The notes under the pieces: model-generated | The model's database searches: none | Told to the model about the DNA's origin: nothing | Seen by the model: only the letters and a program-made list of their open reading frames with translations | NCBI GenBank assembly: GCA_951406725.2 | Contig: OX597839.1 | Span: 30,132,001 to 30,196,000 of the forward strand | Direction of reading: 5' to 3' | DNA from: Octopus vulgaris | Lineage: Eukaryota | DNA length: 64,000 nucleotides | Part shown: positions 51,253-64,000 of the stretch, in pieces | Position numbering within the stretch: position 1 is the stretch's first letter | How the letters are laid out: each line of letters starts with the position of its first letter | Made by a program: the position numbers and the translations under genes

Positions 51253-51751
51253 CACACACACATACACATGCTTTGATAGCTTTAAAACAATTTTGTAATG
51301 TTTAGGAATCCAGTTATTTAGAGCAGATAAAGTAAGGCAGAATAGATTATTTTCATAACGGATAAAAGCAAGACTGATAGGTGAGGTTGTAGAATTTGTT
51401 AGCAATGAAAAATTGGTGACAATAAATTCTATATCTGTGAAACTATTGCCTCTTAATGAATGTAGAAACAACATGTTGAGGTTATTAATAATTGTGATTA
51501 TAAAAGGTAAAAAAAGGTAAAGAATATAATGGAGAAATATGATTAGGATGAATCGAAGCAGAACTTGTAGATTAGTGGATTATTAAGCGAATACAATAAA
51601 GTAATGCCAGAAATATTTACAAAGAACAATGTGGAAATATAAGAGGAGTTACATAAGCAAAAACAAAAAAAATCTGCAGAAGAAACCAGTTGGGCAAAAT
51701 TATAAGATGAACCTGGACAATACAGGTTCAATTCACAAAAATGGTAGTCAT

Positions 51752-52370
51752 TCATCATCATCATCATCGTTTAACGTCCGCTTTCCATGCTAGCATGGGT
51801 TGGACGGTTCAACTGGGGTCTGGCAAGCCCGAAGGCTGCAACAGGCCAGTCAGATCTGGCAGTGTTTCTACAGCTGGATGCCCTTCCTAATGCCAACCAC
51901 TCCGAGAGTGCAGACGGCCACGCTCGGATGGTGTTTTTTATGTGCCACCGACACAGGTGCCAGACGAGGCTGGCAGACGGCCACACTCGGATGGTGCTTT
52001 TTATGTGCCACTGACACAGGTGCCAGACGAGGCTGGCAGACGGCCACACTCGGATGGTGCTTTTTATGTGCCACCGACACAGGTGCCAGACGAGGCTGGC
52101 AGATGGCCACGCTCGGATATGGTGTTTTTTATGTGCCACTGACACAGGTGCCAGACGAGGCTGGCGAACGGCTACGATCGGATGGTGTTTGTTACGTGCC
52201 TACCGCACAGAGGCCAGTTGATGCGGTACTGGCTACGGTCCCGTTCGGATGGTTTTCTTATGTGCCACCGGCACTGGTACCACAAGGATACAAATTCCAT
52301 TGATGTTCATCTATATTGATTTGATTCGATTTGACTTCGATTTGACTTTCCCGTGCCTCAACAGGTCTGA
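51752..52370 (-). mobile_element. RTE 3' UTR fragment with expanded 63-bp tandem repeat
   Basis: (CAT)n plus the RTE 3' end. Four near-identical 63-bp units start at 51911, 51974, 52037 and 52100, followed by two diverged units. Confidence 0.85.
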
Positions 52371-52478
52371 AATAGAAAACAGAAAAACAAAACAAAGGAA
52401 GACATTAAAACAAAACATGTCTATGAATAGAAACATGATTAAAGACAAATGTATTTAAGACTCGGCAAAGATTATGTG

Positions 52479-52519
<41 letters not shown>

Positions 52520-53797
52520 ACATATATAGGATATACATGTATACATCTACAGAAAGATAGACATCCATATATATTTATATGTATCTATATCACCCCCACC
52601 ATTGTTATCATCATCATCATTTGCAACAGGCTTTAATGATGATGATGATGATACAAATACATATAAATGGCGTAAAAGCTCACAAACCTATGATGTATAC
52701 ATTTGTATAAATTTACAAAAAGTACTGCATTTACACTAATGGAGACATGCATATACACCCACACACACAATCACAGCCACACACAAATGTTTCAATAATT
52801 CAAATGTTTTACTTAACGTATTTTCCTGTGCTGGTAAAGTTTTGAGATGGGATTTCTACAACCAGGTGATGCTCTTCCTATCACCAACCCTCACCTGTTT
52901 TTTAAGTAAATAATATTTTTAGTACAAAAGAAGAATTTGAAAAAAGAGTAGAGATAGCAGAGAAAAAGTTGGTAGAAAAACTCAACCAATGCCACCAATT
53001 GCTACCTAGCCACAACTTGTGGAAGCTACATTGTAGCCAGAACCAAATATAGTCTGAAAACATTCACTCACAAGGCATCCATGCAGGCACACACTTGTAT
53101 GTGCATATATATGTGTGGGTGTATGGATGATGGTGCGTGGTGTGGGTGCTGGGAAGTGGTCAGTGCTAGTGTGTTTGGGGTGGGAATGTGGGGGGGTAGA
53201 GGTGTTCCTTATGTTAGATTATAAATATTTATTCAGGTGGGAAGAGAAAAGGGTAGGGGGATAATGGTGGTGGAGTCTTTCCCACTTTATCCCCTCTTTC
53301 TGCGGATCTTCCTTTTCTGTTTCCACAGGTTGCATCCACTTTGAGCCCTTTGTACAGCTGCCTTCATCATTACGTATCACTCACCGGTCCCAGCAGAGTC
53401 TTCTCCTCTCCTGCACACTACATCTTATTCCTCTTCTCCTCTACTTGCTCTCTCAGCTTGTTTGTACTCTTCCATTTACGCTCATTAAAATTACAAAGTG
53501 CAACTTCTTCATTTCATTTGTTCTTCACCTGTTTTACAAAGAAGAACCCTGGGGTCTCACCATAGGGTCTGTTTGTATAAACAGGATAAATGTGCTTTTA
53601 TTAAACATATGTAAATTGATTTACAACTTATTCCTGAACCCTGTCTCAATCAGGTGTGTGTGTGTGTGTGTGTATAATATACATATATATGCACCCACAC
53701 TCACATGTCTACATCTGGACTTACACCCATTGTTGAAGTTTATGTTGCTAAATTGTATTTAACTTGACTCTAATTTTTAAAACAATTATGTTTTCAG

Positions 53798-53886
53798 GTT
53801 GGTTTTGCTGGTATATTGTTTCTAGGCTGCATAGCTACACATTGTATGCACATTCTTGTCAACTGCAGCCATAAATTATGCGAACG
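53798..53886 (+). CDS. SLC36: SLC36 coding exon 3
   Basis: ttttcag acceptor and gtgag donor. Encodes VGFAGILFLGCIATHCMHILVNCSHKLCE(R), with the HCMHILV motif. Phases 0/2. Confidence 0.92.
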
Positions 53887-55242
53887 GTGAGCATTGAAGA
53901 TAATATTTTCTGGTAAAATTAAGATTGTGTAACTGAACAAAGTTGAGACTTTCTTGCTGTCTTCGTCTCCCTGCCCCCCAACTGACCCCTCCTTATTCTA
54001 CCTACGCACTGCTAAATAAAATGCATCATAGATTTTACTTTGGTTCCTAACTCTTTGTTTTTGTTGGTTCACTGTTTAGCATATCTTACCCAAATATTCC
54101 ACCTGTTTTGTGTTCAAACCAGCCAAATCGAACCTCATGCCTACCTTATTTTATCATTCTGAAAAGAAACAATCACATCATCAAAATCTTCTGGCCATGA
54201 GATAATGCCTGGTTAATTCAAAACAATGTGACTAAATAAGAGTTACATTTGACCAAGTAATCTGAACGCTAAACGGTTCACTTGTATGTACAGTTTCATT
54301 GGTTAACTTGATAATGGACACTGCATGTTGCCATTAGCCGATGAACTGCCAACCTCCTGGTTGTGTTACCTGCTTTTCTAGCTACTCTAGCTGAAGTGAG
54401 GTCATAACACCATGCTAACAGTGGAGTTCACCTCAACACTCGTGAACTGTTCTTCTCACTTTCAATCCATTCAGTTGTTCCTATGTAGTGTTTGATATCA
54501 ACATGACAAAAAAGGAGAATTCTCGTGAGAACAGAGTGTTGTTCAACCTTGGATCAGCTCAGAGCTAGCAGACTTAAAATGAGGGACGTTCTAACCATGA
54601 TCATCCTGTCTTTTATTGCAACAATGTTTGTAGGACTACACTCAGGGCTGAATTTAGATTGTGAGACCCTTGGGCCAGTAGGTTTTGGAAGCTCTTATGA
54701 TTTTCCTAATTCAAGACATAATAAGAGGCCCCAAAACTCACAAGGGTCTTAATAGATTTAGAAGGACTCAGTTAAATTTCAAAGGGTCCAATAAATCAAA
54801 AAAAGGGCTCAATAATTTTAAAAGAATTCTGTTGGATTTAAACAAGTAAAAAAATTACAAATTAACTGCTTATTTGTTGTAAATATATTTTAAAATTTTT
54901 AACTCCAAACTTTAGGCTTCCCTGAGTTTTAGGGATTCCCAATGCTTGGATCGCTGATCCACAGCCCATATTGGCAAAGACATCAATCTGGCTCTGACTG
55001 TGTTATCCAATATTATGTTCTTTTTTTTTTAAATTATGATAGTGAGCGATTTAAGGAAAACTTGGCTGCTATTTAACCTGTTACGAGAAACCCCATAAAG
55101 GCTCCTGTGTTTTTGTATATTTTTAAGTGTAGTGATTGTGAATGCACTGACATATTGAGTTGAGGAATAGAACAGAACACATTGCCTTTTGGGCTTTTAT
55201 CATTTTAGTTGTTTCTCTCTAAACTAATCCAGTTTCATTCTG

Positions 55243-56915
55243 CCTCAATGTTATTTTTTATTTTATTGAAATGAAAGTTCAGCATCTTGGGCCCTCCTAA
55301 ACAACTCATTGTTCGTAGTTTATTATAAAGAACTAATCTCTTGGTTTTCTTAGTACACCATTAACTCTGCCATTTGAAACTTCTTTCAAACCCAAAAAAT
55401 TAAAATTGAAGAAACTAAAAGACAAATCCCGAAATATATTACTTCAGGATTTATCCTTCTTTGAAAGAAAGTTTCCATTTTGACAAGACAGAAAAAAAAT
55501 TACAAAAGAAAAATTAATTTTTTATTATGTTTGATAATCTTTCAAAAATAAAAATTAATTCGATAGTTTTCATCCTCAGAATTCTAATTGGCGTCAGAAA
55601 GTCCTCTCAGTTTCCGTTGTACTTGGATCCACTTGATTCAAGTTAATAGATTAGAAGCGAAGCAGTTAGGATCAGATTTGTTATTTCAAGTGGAATGTTA
55701 ATAACACTGTTTTTTTATTGTTTTTATGTCTTTGGTCAGTAAGTGTTATTTCCTATTTGCTTTTGTCAAGAAATTGAAGGAAACAATTGCTATTTCCTTC
55801 AAAGTTTGCTTTTGTGACCTGGACATCAATGTCTTGAAACTGACCGATTTTCCATTACATTTCAGACAGATTCAGTGTTGAGTTGCTGAAGCATAAATAT
55901 TGTTATAGCAAATATTCCACTTAATGCCACAGATTTGCTTGTCATATGCTTGACCGTGACCACTTGAGCATTTCCCTTAGTGGCTGACAATAGGTGCATC
56001 TCTGACCATGAACAGGCATAGTGAGGGAGCATCATAGTCATGTGTTTAGAGAGATTCTTTAAGGTTTGAATTAATGTAACAAAAACAGAGTTTGAAGGAA
56101 ATATTAGGCATTTTTCATTCTTTCTAGGGGTCAGCAAATAGGAAATAATATCAGTTGCTCCCCAAGGACAAAAATCGTGTTATACAGTGTAATGGTTACT
56201 TTTATGAGTTTAGTACAAATTGATTCTATTTATGTAGACAAAGCTGGAACGTACTCAGCCTTCTTATGAAGACTGCTTGATGTATTTAATGAAGTTGGTA
56301 AGAACAATTTCAAGATAATGGTTGCAGGAAGACCTTAGACTAAAGTGTTTCAGAAATGTGTCCTGGGAGGAAAGACTGGGGAGTGTACCAGTGAGCAACT
56401 CCATGATACTCAGTGAAGTAATATTTTTTTTAATGTAATCTAGGATGTATGTGGAGTAACCACACCATGCCCTCTGTGGGTCCTTTCTGAACTTTGAATG
56501 GAGTGAGTAGTTGTTGGGGCTGAAGTATTTTCTGACTCTGGTGGCAAGAAAGTGTGAAGAGAGCTGAACAGCAGGGGGTCTTCAGAAAAGAATCACTCTT
56601 CAAGCAAGTGTTTTGACCCTTAACTTCTTATATTCTAAAGAGGTGTGGGGAGCCACATCCAGGTCATGGCTTTTAGGTGCCCTTTTGCTGACACTTTTTA
56701 ATCACTTGGATATCAGAGATTTGCACATTTAAACTACTTTGAGTGGTTTAAATGCAGTTCGATTTTATCTCAATGTCATTTTATATTATTGAAATGAAAG
56801 TTCAGCATCTTGGCCCCTCCTAAACAACTCATTGTTGGCAGTTTATTATGAAGAACTGGTTTCTTGGTTTTCTTAATACACCATTAACTCAGCCATTTGA
56901 ATCTTATTTCAAGCT
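55243..56915. repeat. Pair of ~145-bp direct repeats (55243-55390 and 56768-56915)
   Basis: Both copies contain ATTGAAATGAAAGTTCAGCATCTTGG..CCTCCTAAACAACTCATTGTT...ACACCATTAACTC.GCCATTTGAA. Confidence 0.85.
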
Positions 56916-57469
56916 TAAAAGAAGGGCCAGAGTTTGTGGTGCAGTCTTTGCATAGTTGCAAGTGTGCATATTTGAGAAGAGATGTTCAATGATAGTAAAG
57001 CCAACCATTTTTAGCCATGTTGAAGCTTCCACGTCTATGTGCAGTGAAGGTAGTTGATATGAAGGTTTTCTCTGTAGGAATACTGCTTATAGTCGAGGAG
57101 TAAAGGAAGGGAATATCTTGTGAAGTTGTTGAAGATCCTTTTGGCAACAGATGTAAAGTATCTGCTTCAGTTTGAGAGCCAGGAAAGCTTGTGGGCTGTG
57201 CAGTGCACAAAAATATCCTTTGTGCTTGGCATAATGTCTTGTAGAAGCTGCAGAGCTGGGCAAAGCTCTTCCAGTTTATAGGTGTCAGTTAAAACATACA
57301 TTTTCTTTACAAGTAGAGACACAACAGGTTATATCATATGTTGTGTGGTGTTGTTATGTTTAATTAATCAACTCCATTCCATTGTAAGCTCAAGTGAACC
57401 TTTGCTGCTGTCATTGTTCACCTCATTCACTAACCTAAATAACCCTTTTTTTTTAATTTTCGGCCCCAG

Positions 57470-57562
57470 AACATCTTCAGTAACTATGGATTACCCTGAT
57501 GTCATGGAGAGCTGTTTGCAAACTGGACCGCCTGCACTTCGACGTTTTTCACGAGCATTCAG
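57470..57562 (+). CDS. SLC36: SLC36 coding exon 4
   Basis: ccccag acceptor and gtaaga donor. Encodes TSSVTMDYPDVMESCLQTGPPALRRFSRAF(R). Phases 2/2. Confidence 0.9.
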
Positions 57563-57689
57563 GTAAGAGAAGCTTCAAAATGGTTTTATTTTTGAACTAA
57601 AATTCTGAAAATTACTGCCAAATTGAGGACTGACCTTTCAAATTTGTTATTCTTCATCATCATTGCCACCACCACCACCACCATCATCA

Positions 57690-58325
57690 TTGTCATCATC
57701 ATCGTATGTTTTGAGTTCAAATTCTGCAGGAATTGATTTTCATCCCTTATTGTCAATAAAATGAAGAGGCTATCAAATATTACAGCCAATATAATTGACC
57801 AGTCTCCTCCCACACACACAGGCACATTACAAAAAAAGGATTATGGCCTTCCATGTTTGTTAGAAATTATTGTTATTAGTATTACAATTAAGATAGTGAG
57901 CTGACAGACTTGTTAGTCTGCTGGACATAACACTTAACAATATTTCATCTGTCTTTATGCTCTGAGGTTGACTTTGCCTTTCATTCCTTTTGGGGTTGAG
58001 GAATAAGTACCATTTGAACAGTGTAATCAACTCATCCCCTCCTCCAAAATTCCAGGCCTTGTGCCCATTAGTAGAAAGGATTATGACTTTTATTATTATT
58101 ATTATTATTAGGGCGGTCAACTGGCAGAATCGCTTGCTGCCAGGAAATGCTTTCTGAGATTTGTTCTGGCTTTTAACTTTCTGAGTTCAAATTAGACCAA
58201 GGTCAACTTTACCTTTTGTCCCTCCCCTCCAGACTTGTTAAAATACGGTGCCAGTCAAGTGTTGGGTTTTGAAGCTTTTGACTGACCCCTCCCCTCAAAA
58301 CAAATTGCTGGCCTTGTGCCTGAAT
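57690..58325 (+). mobile_element. Third head-to-tail SINE array
   Basis: A partial unit at ~57690 and units at ~57895 and ~58112, separated by (ATT)n-like runs. Confidence 0.7.
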
Positions 58326-58848
58326 CTGTTGTTGTTGTAACTTCCAGTTTTTCCCTCACTGAAATCAGTTGAGAAAATTTGCAATCTTGCGACCAATGCT
58401 ACTCAATTTTCAGTTTCTAAAATGTTTTGGATATTGTTGTGTGGTAAGGTTCAGTCCTACTGTGTCTTCTACTGTAGCCTCAAGCCAACTAAAGCCTTGT
58501 GAGTGGATTTGGTTGACAAAATCTGAAAGAAGCCCATCGTGTATACATATATGAATATGTTTGTGTGTGTGTGTCTGTGTATGTATGTTTGTATCTGTCT
58601 ACCCCTAACACCACCACCACTTTACAGCCAGTGTTGGTGTGTTTACATCCGTGTTACTTAGCAGGTTGGCAAAAGAGATTAACAGAATAAGTACCAGGCT
58701 TTAAAAAAACTACTGGGAAAGATTCATTCAACTAAAAAATTCTCCACAGTGGTACCCCAGTATGGCCACAGTGTATTGAGTGAAACAAGTAAAAGCTAAA
58801 AGATTTCTTTGGTTTACTTTCTTCCAAATCATAAGAGACGACTTTTGG

Positions 58849-58906
58849 GACAAGTTGACCTTTCAGACAAGTTGACCTTTCGGACAAGTTGACCTTTCGG
58901 ACAAGT
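58849..58906. repeat. 17-bp tandem repeat (GACAAGTTGACCTTTCG), about 3.5 copies
   Basis: Units start at 58849, 58866, 58883 and 58900. Confidence 0.9.
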
Positions 58907-59743
58907 CAAAGCAACAACATGCATTATGTTGTTGTTGTTATTTTCATTGTTTGGTTTCAGTTCTGACTTAGTGAGCTTATTTTTCTTAAATCAAAGGTGT
59001 TCCAGCCATGACCCTCCAATAGTACATGAAGAAATACATTTTTTAATGTGATTTTCTTTTTTCAAGATGGTCTGAGAGAGAATTGGTTGTTATTTCTTGC
59101 AGGTTGGTCATTTAAAAGCTCCTTTGTTGGATGAATTGACACAAACTGTCAAATACTGGACTAAATTCAAATAGAATTACAATAATTCATTGGAGTTTTC
59201 CTGTTTTGTTTTGTTATTTTTTATGATATTAAGATTATTGACAAAACCTATGAATGCTTCAAAATGCATTTATGGAAGCCCGAAACCAGATGCAATCTAA
59301 TTACTTAATTGCTGTTTCCTTTAAATGATTAAAATTCAAATGTCTTTTTTCACTTTCAAAAACAAAAATGTCCTGAGCTGGTGCCACGTAAAAAGCATCC
59401 AGTCCACTCTGGTGATGATGATGATGATGGTGAGGGAGAGAGAGGATAACTGTGGGATAAGTTTAAACTAAATGCCTTTTAGTATTTAATTCTTTGTTTT
59501 GAGTTCAAATTTGATTTCCATTCCTCATGAATTGTTAAGAGAATTACCTGACATCTATCAGGGAAGAATGAGTTAATTCATTCTGCTTACTCCATTTAAA
59601 ATATGCAGCCTTGTGAACCCCCTCCCCCAACCATACCAGTAAACTACAAGGGTCCCTTCCAACTGAACCTACTCTTTGTTTACAAATAATCATTAGCGAA
59701 ATAAGAAATGATTTCTCTTTTTTGTTTTTCTTTTTCTTTGCAG

Positions 59744-59828
59744 GATTGCCATCAATATTTTTATCCTGATCACCCAGTTTGGTTTCTGTTGTGTCTATGT
59801 GGTGTTTGTGGCCGAAAACATTTCAGAC
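59744..59828 (+). CDS. SLC36: SLC36 coding exon 5
   Basis: Pyrimidine tract plus cag acceptor, gtgagt donor. Encodes IAINIFILITQFGFCCVYVVFVAENISD, with the TQ.GFCCVY.VF.A.N motif. Phases 2/0. Confidence 0.93.
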
Positions 59829-60893
59829 GTGAGTAGAATTTGTTGGTATTGCAGTGAGGGGTGTGTGCATTACTTGCATTGTGTTCATAAGGCTGTGTTG
59901 CATGGATTGCAGCATTTGTACTTCATAATCAATGATAGTCAAGATTTCATTTGGGGAAAGAGTTGCTCCCAACAAATATGCAAAATGTGGAAAAGTCTAC
60001 AGAAGCTGTTCTTTTGACCATTTAGCATTTCAATCAATCATATCTGGGAGTCCACATACTCTGCCTGTTTTCTGTTCAAATTGGCCAGATCCAGCCTCTC
60101 ACACCTGCTCCAGAATGTGATTTTGAAAATAAACAATCACATCATCAAAATCTTGAAGCTATGAGATAATGCAGGATTAATTCAAAATAACGAGAATAAA
60201 TGAATAAATAATTGACATATTTGACAAAATACTCTAAATAGAAAGAGTTGATGTAAGAAACAGGCAAAAATACCCCTGATCAGACAACATCGATTTGATG
60301 GAGGGAGTGAGCTAATTGTACAACACAGACATTCGATCACTATAAACAAGTCATTTGGCAAAAAGCTGAATGCTCCTATGTCATTTTTGATGAGAGAGTC
60401 CATTACTCCTCCTCCTCCTCCTCCTCCTCCTTCTTCTTCTTATTATTATGCAAATGGCAGGAGATAGACAGAACTCTTAGTTTGTAGGACAAAATGCTTC
60501 ATAGTACTTAGTTATGACAGCCATTGTAAAATTTGCATTTCATAATCTTTGTGATTGATAAACTAAAGCAATGTTTTTCAACTATTTTTAGCCTATGGAC
60601 CCCTTTGATTCCTAGTTTACTCTGCTGGACCCCATTCAATGTTTAAAAAGTCTTATTATATTTTTATAACGAAATATTATTAGGAACTGTATAAAAAAAA
60701 GATTGTTAAAATGTTTTATGTATTGTAAGAAGCATAACCAATTTGTTGCTTGTGAATTTTAACAACAAAATCTTATGTGGACCCCAGTTGAGAACCGTTG
60801 TAAAGAATCAGACAAATCCTGGAATCGAATGACTAACCCTCTCCCCTCCACTGAAATCCTGTCTTTATTCATTGTTTCTGTTTCCCTTTTCAG

Positions 60894-61169
60894 GTGGTTG
60901 ATGTCTTCCCTGTGGCGCACTGGGACAATATTTCCTATATGTGGCTCATCAGCATCTTTCTCATCCCTTACTGTTTTATTCGAAACCTAAAAACCTTGGC
61001 TGTCTTCTCATTGTTGGCCAACATCATCACCATCATCGGACTGGTCATCATCTACCAGTATATCGTACAGCATCTCCTGCCAATGTCTCAGGTGCAACTG
61101 TACACCAGTTTCTCCCAGTTACCAATGTTCTTCGGTATTGCTGTCTATTCTTTTGAAGGTATCAGTTTG
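60894..61169 (+). CDS. SLC36: SLC36 coding exon 6 (gene continues beyond the window)
   Basis: ttttcag acceptor and gtaagt donor. 92 codons including IRNLKTLAVFSLLAN and LPMFFGIAVYSFEGI. Confidence 0.93.
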
Positions 61170-61208
61170 GTAAGTCACACACACACATGCACACACACGC
61201 ACACACAC

Positions 61209-61252
<44 letters not shown>

Positions 61253-61564
61253 GGCCTGGTGGTTAGGGTGATGCACTCACAATTGCTCAGTCATGGGTTT
61301 GATTCTCGAACCAGCTGATACATTGTGTTCATTAGCAAAAACACTTCATTTCATGTTGCTCCAGTCCACTCAGCCGTAAATGGGTCACCCATGCGATGGA
61401 ATAGTCTTTTGATCAGGGCTGAATTTTAGCCTGGTCCACCTAGCCAGCAAGAAGGTGGCATCATTTGAAAGCTAAAATGATGCAGAACACATTGTAACCA
61501 AGTGAACAGTGACCAGTGATGTATAACAACACCAGATAATCTGGCCAGACATGTGATTATATAT

Positions 61565-62777
61565 AATTTCATTTTTTGCAAATAGGTAGTTACAATTTTT
61601 TTCAATGACTTTTGTCAATGTTATGACTTTTTATTTTGACATTTGATAGCCGTTACTTTTAGCTTACTTTAGAGGCAAATTGTGTGTAATTTTGTTTACA
61701 GCTGTTAGTTCAGTTTCAGTTTTAATAAAGACGAACATTTTTGCCATATTTTGCTTTTTTATTTCCGTAAAGGCAAGAAAGTTGCTGAGGCTGACAAAGA
61801 GATTCTTGAAGTTTATGGTGTTGATTGCTCAACAGAACACACAAGTCAGAAAAGGTTTAAAAAGTTCCATTCAGGAGATTTTTCACTCAAAGGTGACCAA
61901 TGTTCAGGTTGACCTATTGAAGTTGATGATGACCGAATCAAGGCCATAATTGTATCTGATTGTCATATAACTGTGCGAGAGATTGCAGAGAGGTTAAAGG
62001 TATCACACGCAACAATTGAAAATCACTTAAAATGTCTTTGACTGGTTAAGAAGCTCGATTTTTGGGTTCCACATGAATTGAAAGAGATTCACTTAACACA
62101 ACGAATCAATATTTGCGATATGCATCTCAAACGCAATGAAATCGAACTTGTTTTAAAACGAATCATCACTGGTGATGAAAAATGTACTGCCTACAATAAG
62201 ATCAATCGAAAACGATCATGGTCCGAGCGTAATGAATGAGCACAAGCCACAGTGAAAGCTGAATTGCATCAAGAAAGGTCATGCTGTCAATTTAATGGGA
62301 TTACAAAGGTGTTATGTCTTTTGAGCTCCTTCTAAGGAACCAAACGATCAATTCAGATGTTTGTTGTCAACAACTAAAAATGGCCAGAATTGGCAAATTG
62401 TAAAGGAAGTGTGTTCTACCATGACAACGCTAGACTACACATGTCTTTGCTAACTCGTAAAAAATTATTGGAGCTTGGTTGGATGATCACATCCACTATA
62501 TAGCCCTGACCTTGCACCATCAGATTACCATTTATTTTGAAGTTTGCAAAATTCTTTGAATGGTAAAACTTTCAATAATGATGATGACCTGAAATCGTAT
62601 TTGTTTTAGTTTTTTGCTGATGAAGACCAGAAGTTCTATGAACATGGAATTACCAAAAAGATGGCAAAAGGTCATCGAACAAAATGGAAAATATTTGATT
62701 AAAGTTCGTTCTTTGTATGAAAAAAAATGACTTATTTCACACTAAAAAACCAAAATTCCTTCCTTGCTAATCCAATA
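61565..62777 (+). mobile_element. Mariner transposon, near full length, defective
   Basis: Manual translation gives HILLFYFRKG, WVPHEL, ITGDEK, HDNAR, YSPDLAPSDY and RWQKVIEQNG with many stops. A 3' TIR-like end ...CTTGCTAATCCAA-TA is present; the 5' TIR is not recognisable. Confidence 0.9.
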
Positions 62778-62779
62778 TG

Positions 62780-62837
<58 letters not shown>

Positions 62838-62841
<4 letters not shown>

Positions 62842-62976
62842 TAAGGGCTCCTAAATTAAGATGCCGAGTGCTGGGAACACAAAAAGGGGATGAATTCATC
62901 GAGAGTGAATCTCGATGAATTCATCCCCTTTTTGTGTTCCCAGCACTCGGCATCTTAATTTAGGAGCCCTTAATTG
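62838..62976. repeat. Perfect 67-bp inverted repeat with 5-nt loop
   Basis: 62838-62904 is the exact reverse complement of 62910-62976; the loop is GTGAA. Confidence 0.95.
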
Positions 62977-64000
62977 AATAATATTTTTCTATATGAATAA
63001 TATTTTTGTCTTATGACTAATTCGTCTTTTGTGCTGGGCACCTGGTAGTAAATAATATTACTACCCTTCTTGTTTATATTCGTATATATATATATCAGAT
63101 AGGAGTGGTGCAAGAGAGCAACATGTTTAACTAATTGTATCTGCATGTTTAGAGAATAAATCACTAATTTGTATGAAAAACAATAGCTTAAGTTATTTAG
63201 GATAGTTTTATATATATGTATATATAGACATGTATGTATAGTGTTTTATATATATATACAGAAACAAACACACACAATCTGGTGACCCTCCCCTCTGTGC
63301 ATCCAACACAGACATTCATACACACAATCTCTCTCTCTCTCTCTCTCTCATATCCTAGTCATAACATGTCCAATGTTATCTCTTGTATTTACTGAAAAAA
63401 GTAAACTATGTTACTTGTTGACTAAAAATTGTTTTTTTTTCTCTTGGTAATACAATCATTTCTTTGTTGAAATTTTAATGATCATTAAATGACTTAATTG
63501 TTTTTCATACTTATTAGTTATTCTCTAAACGGTTAAATATGTTGCTCTTTTGTGCCACTTCTATTGAAATTACGTTTGTTCACACACACACACGCATACA
63601 CTCAAACCCATACATGCACTTATTCACACACTCTCTCTCCCTCTCTTTCTCTTCCTCTCTTTCTCCCCCTCTCTCTTTGACAAACTTAAACATTTTATTT
63701 ATTTTTTCAGTACTTTTTTAGTTTTTCTTTTTATCTTTATAATTTGTAGAAATTTCCTGACAACATTTTCTGAAATTTTCTTTCTTTTACTCCACATTTC
63801 AATTCGTCTCTCATCTTCTTGGCTTCAGTTTCCTCTAACAGCAACAACAACAACAAAAGGCTTTTCATAGCTTTTCCTCTGCTAAACTATTTCCCAGTCA
63901 AGTGCATCATGTGACAATCTTTCCCCTTCTTCCTCTGCATCCTCCCCCACCTCACCAATCCCCTCACCATTGTTTCCTTGTCTTTCTGGATCTTTCCCTT

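Noticed and set aside
51900-52290. CRISPR-like repeat/spacer appearance
   Set aside because: The context is eukaryotic with no cas genes. The units are tandem modules of an RTE 3' UTR, and four are near-identical.

Overview
AT-rich, microsatellite-dense eukaryotic DNA. The repeat landscape (RTE LINEs with (GAT)n tails, tRNA-derived SINEs, (TA)n/(CA)n/(ATT)n runs) suggests an octopus/cephalopod genome; this is an inference. Two spliced genes lie on the + strand. The first is the 3' end of a Polyhomeotic (PHC/ph, PRC1) gene: 3 coding exons ending in the SAM domain, stop at 15729. The second is the 5' part of an SLC36/PAT-type proton-coupled amino-acid transporter: a probable non-coding first exon ending at 33781, then 6 phase-consistent coding exons at 48442-61169 (270 codons), continuing beyond the window. 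The rest is mostly transposable elements: RTE, CR1-like and Dong/R4-type LINEs, Penelope remnants, mariner, hAT, piggyBac-like MITEs, a Helitron and two SINE families. The most notable signals are RNA-structural: a candidate non-circularly permuted hammerhead ribozyme (40000-40065, - strand), a canonical minimal type I hammerhead (29436-29495) in a circularly permuted ~460-nt fold-back repeat, a perfect 67-bp hairpin (62838-62976), and hairpin-conserving tandem units in RTE 3' UTRs. All coordinates and translations were read by eye.
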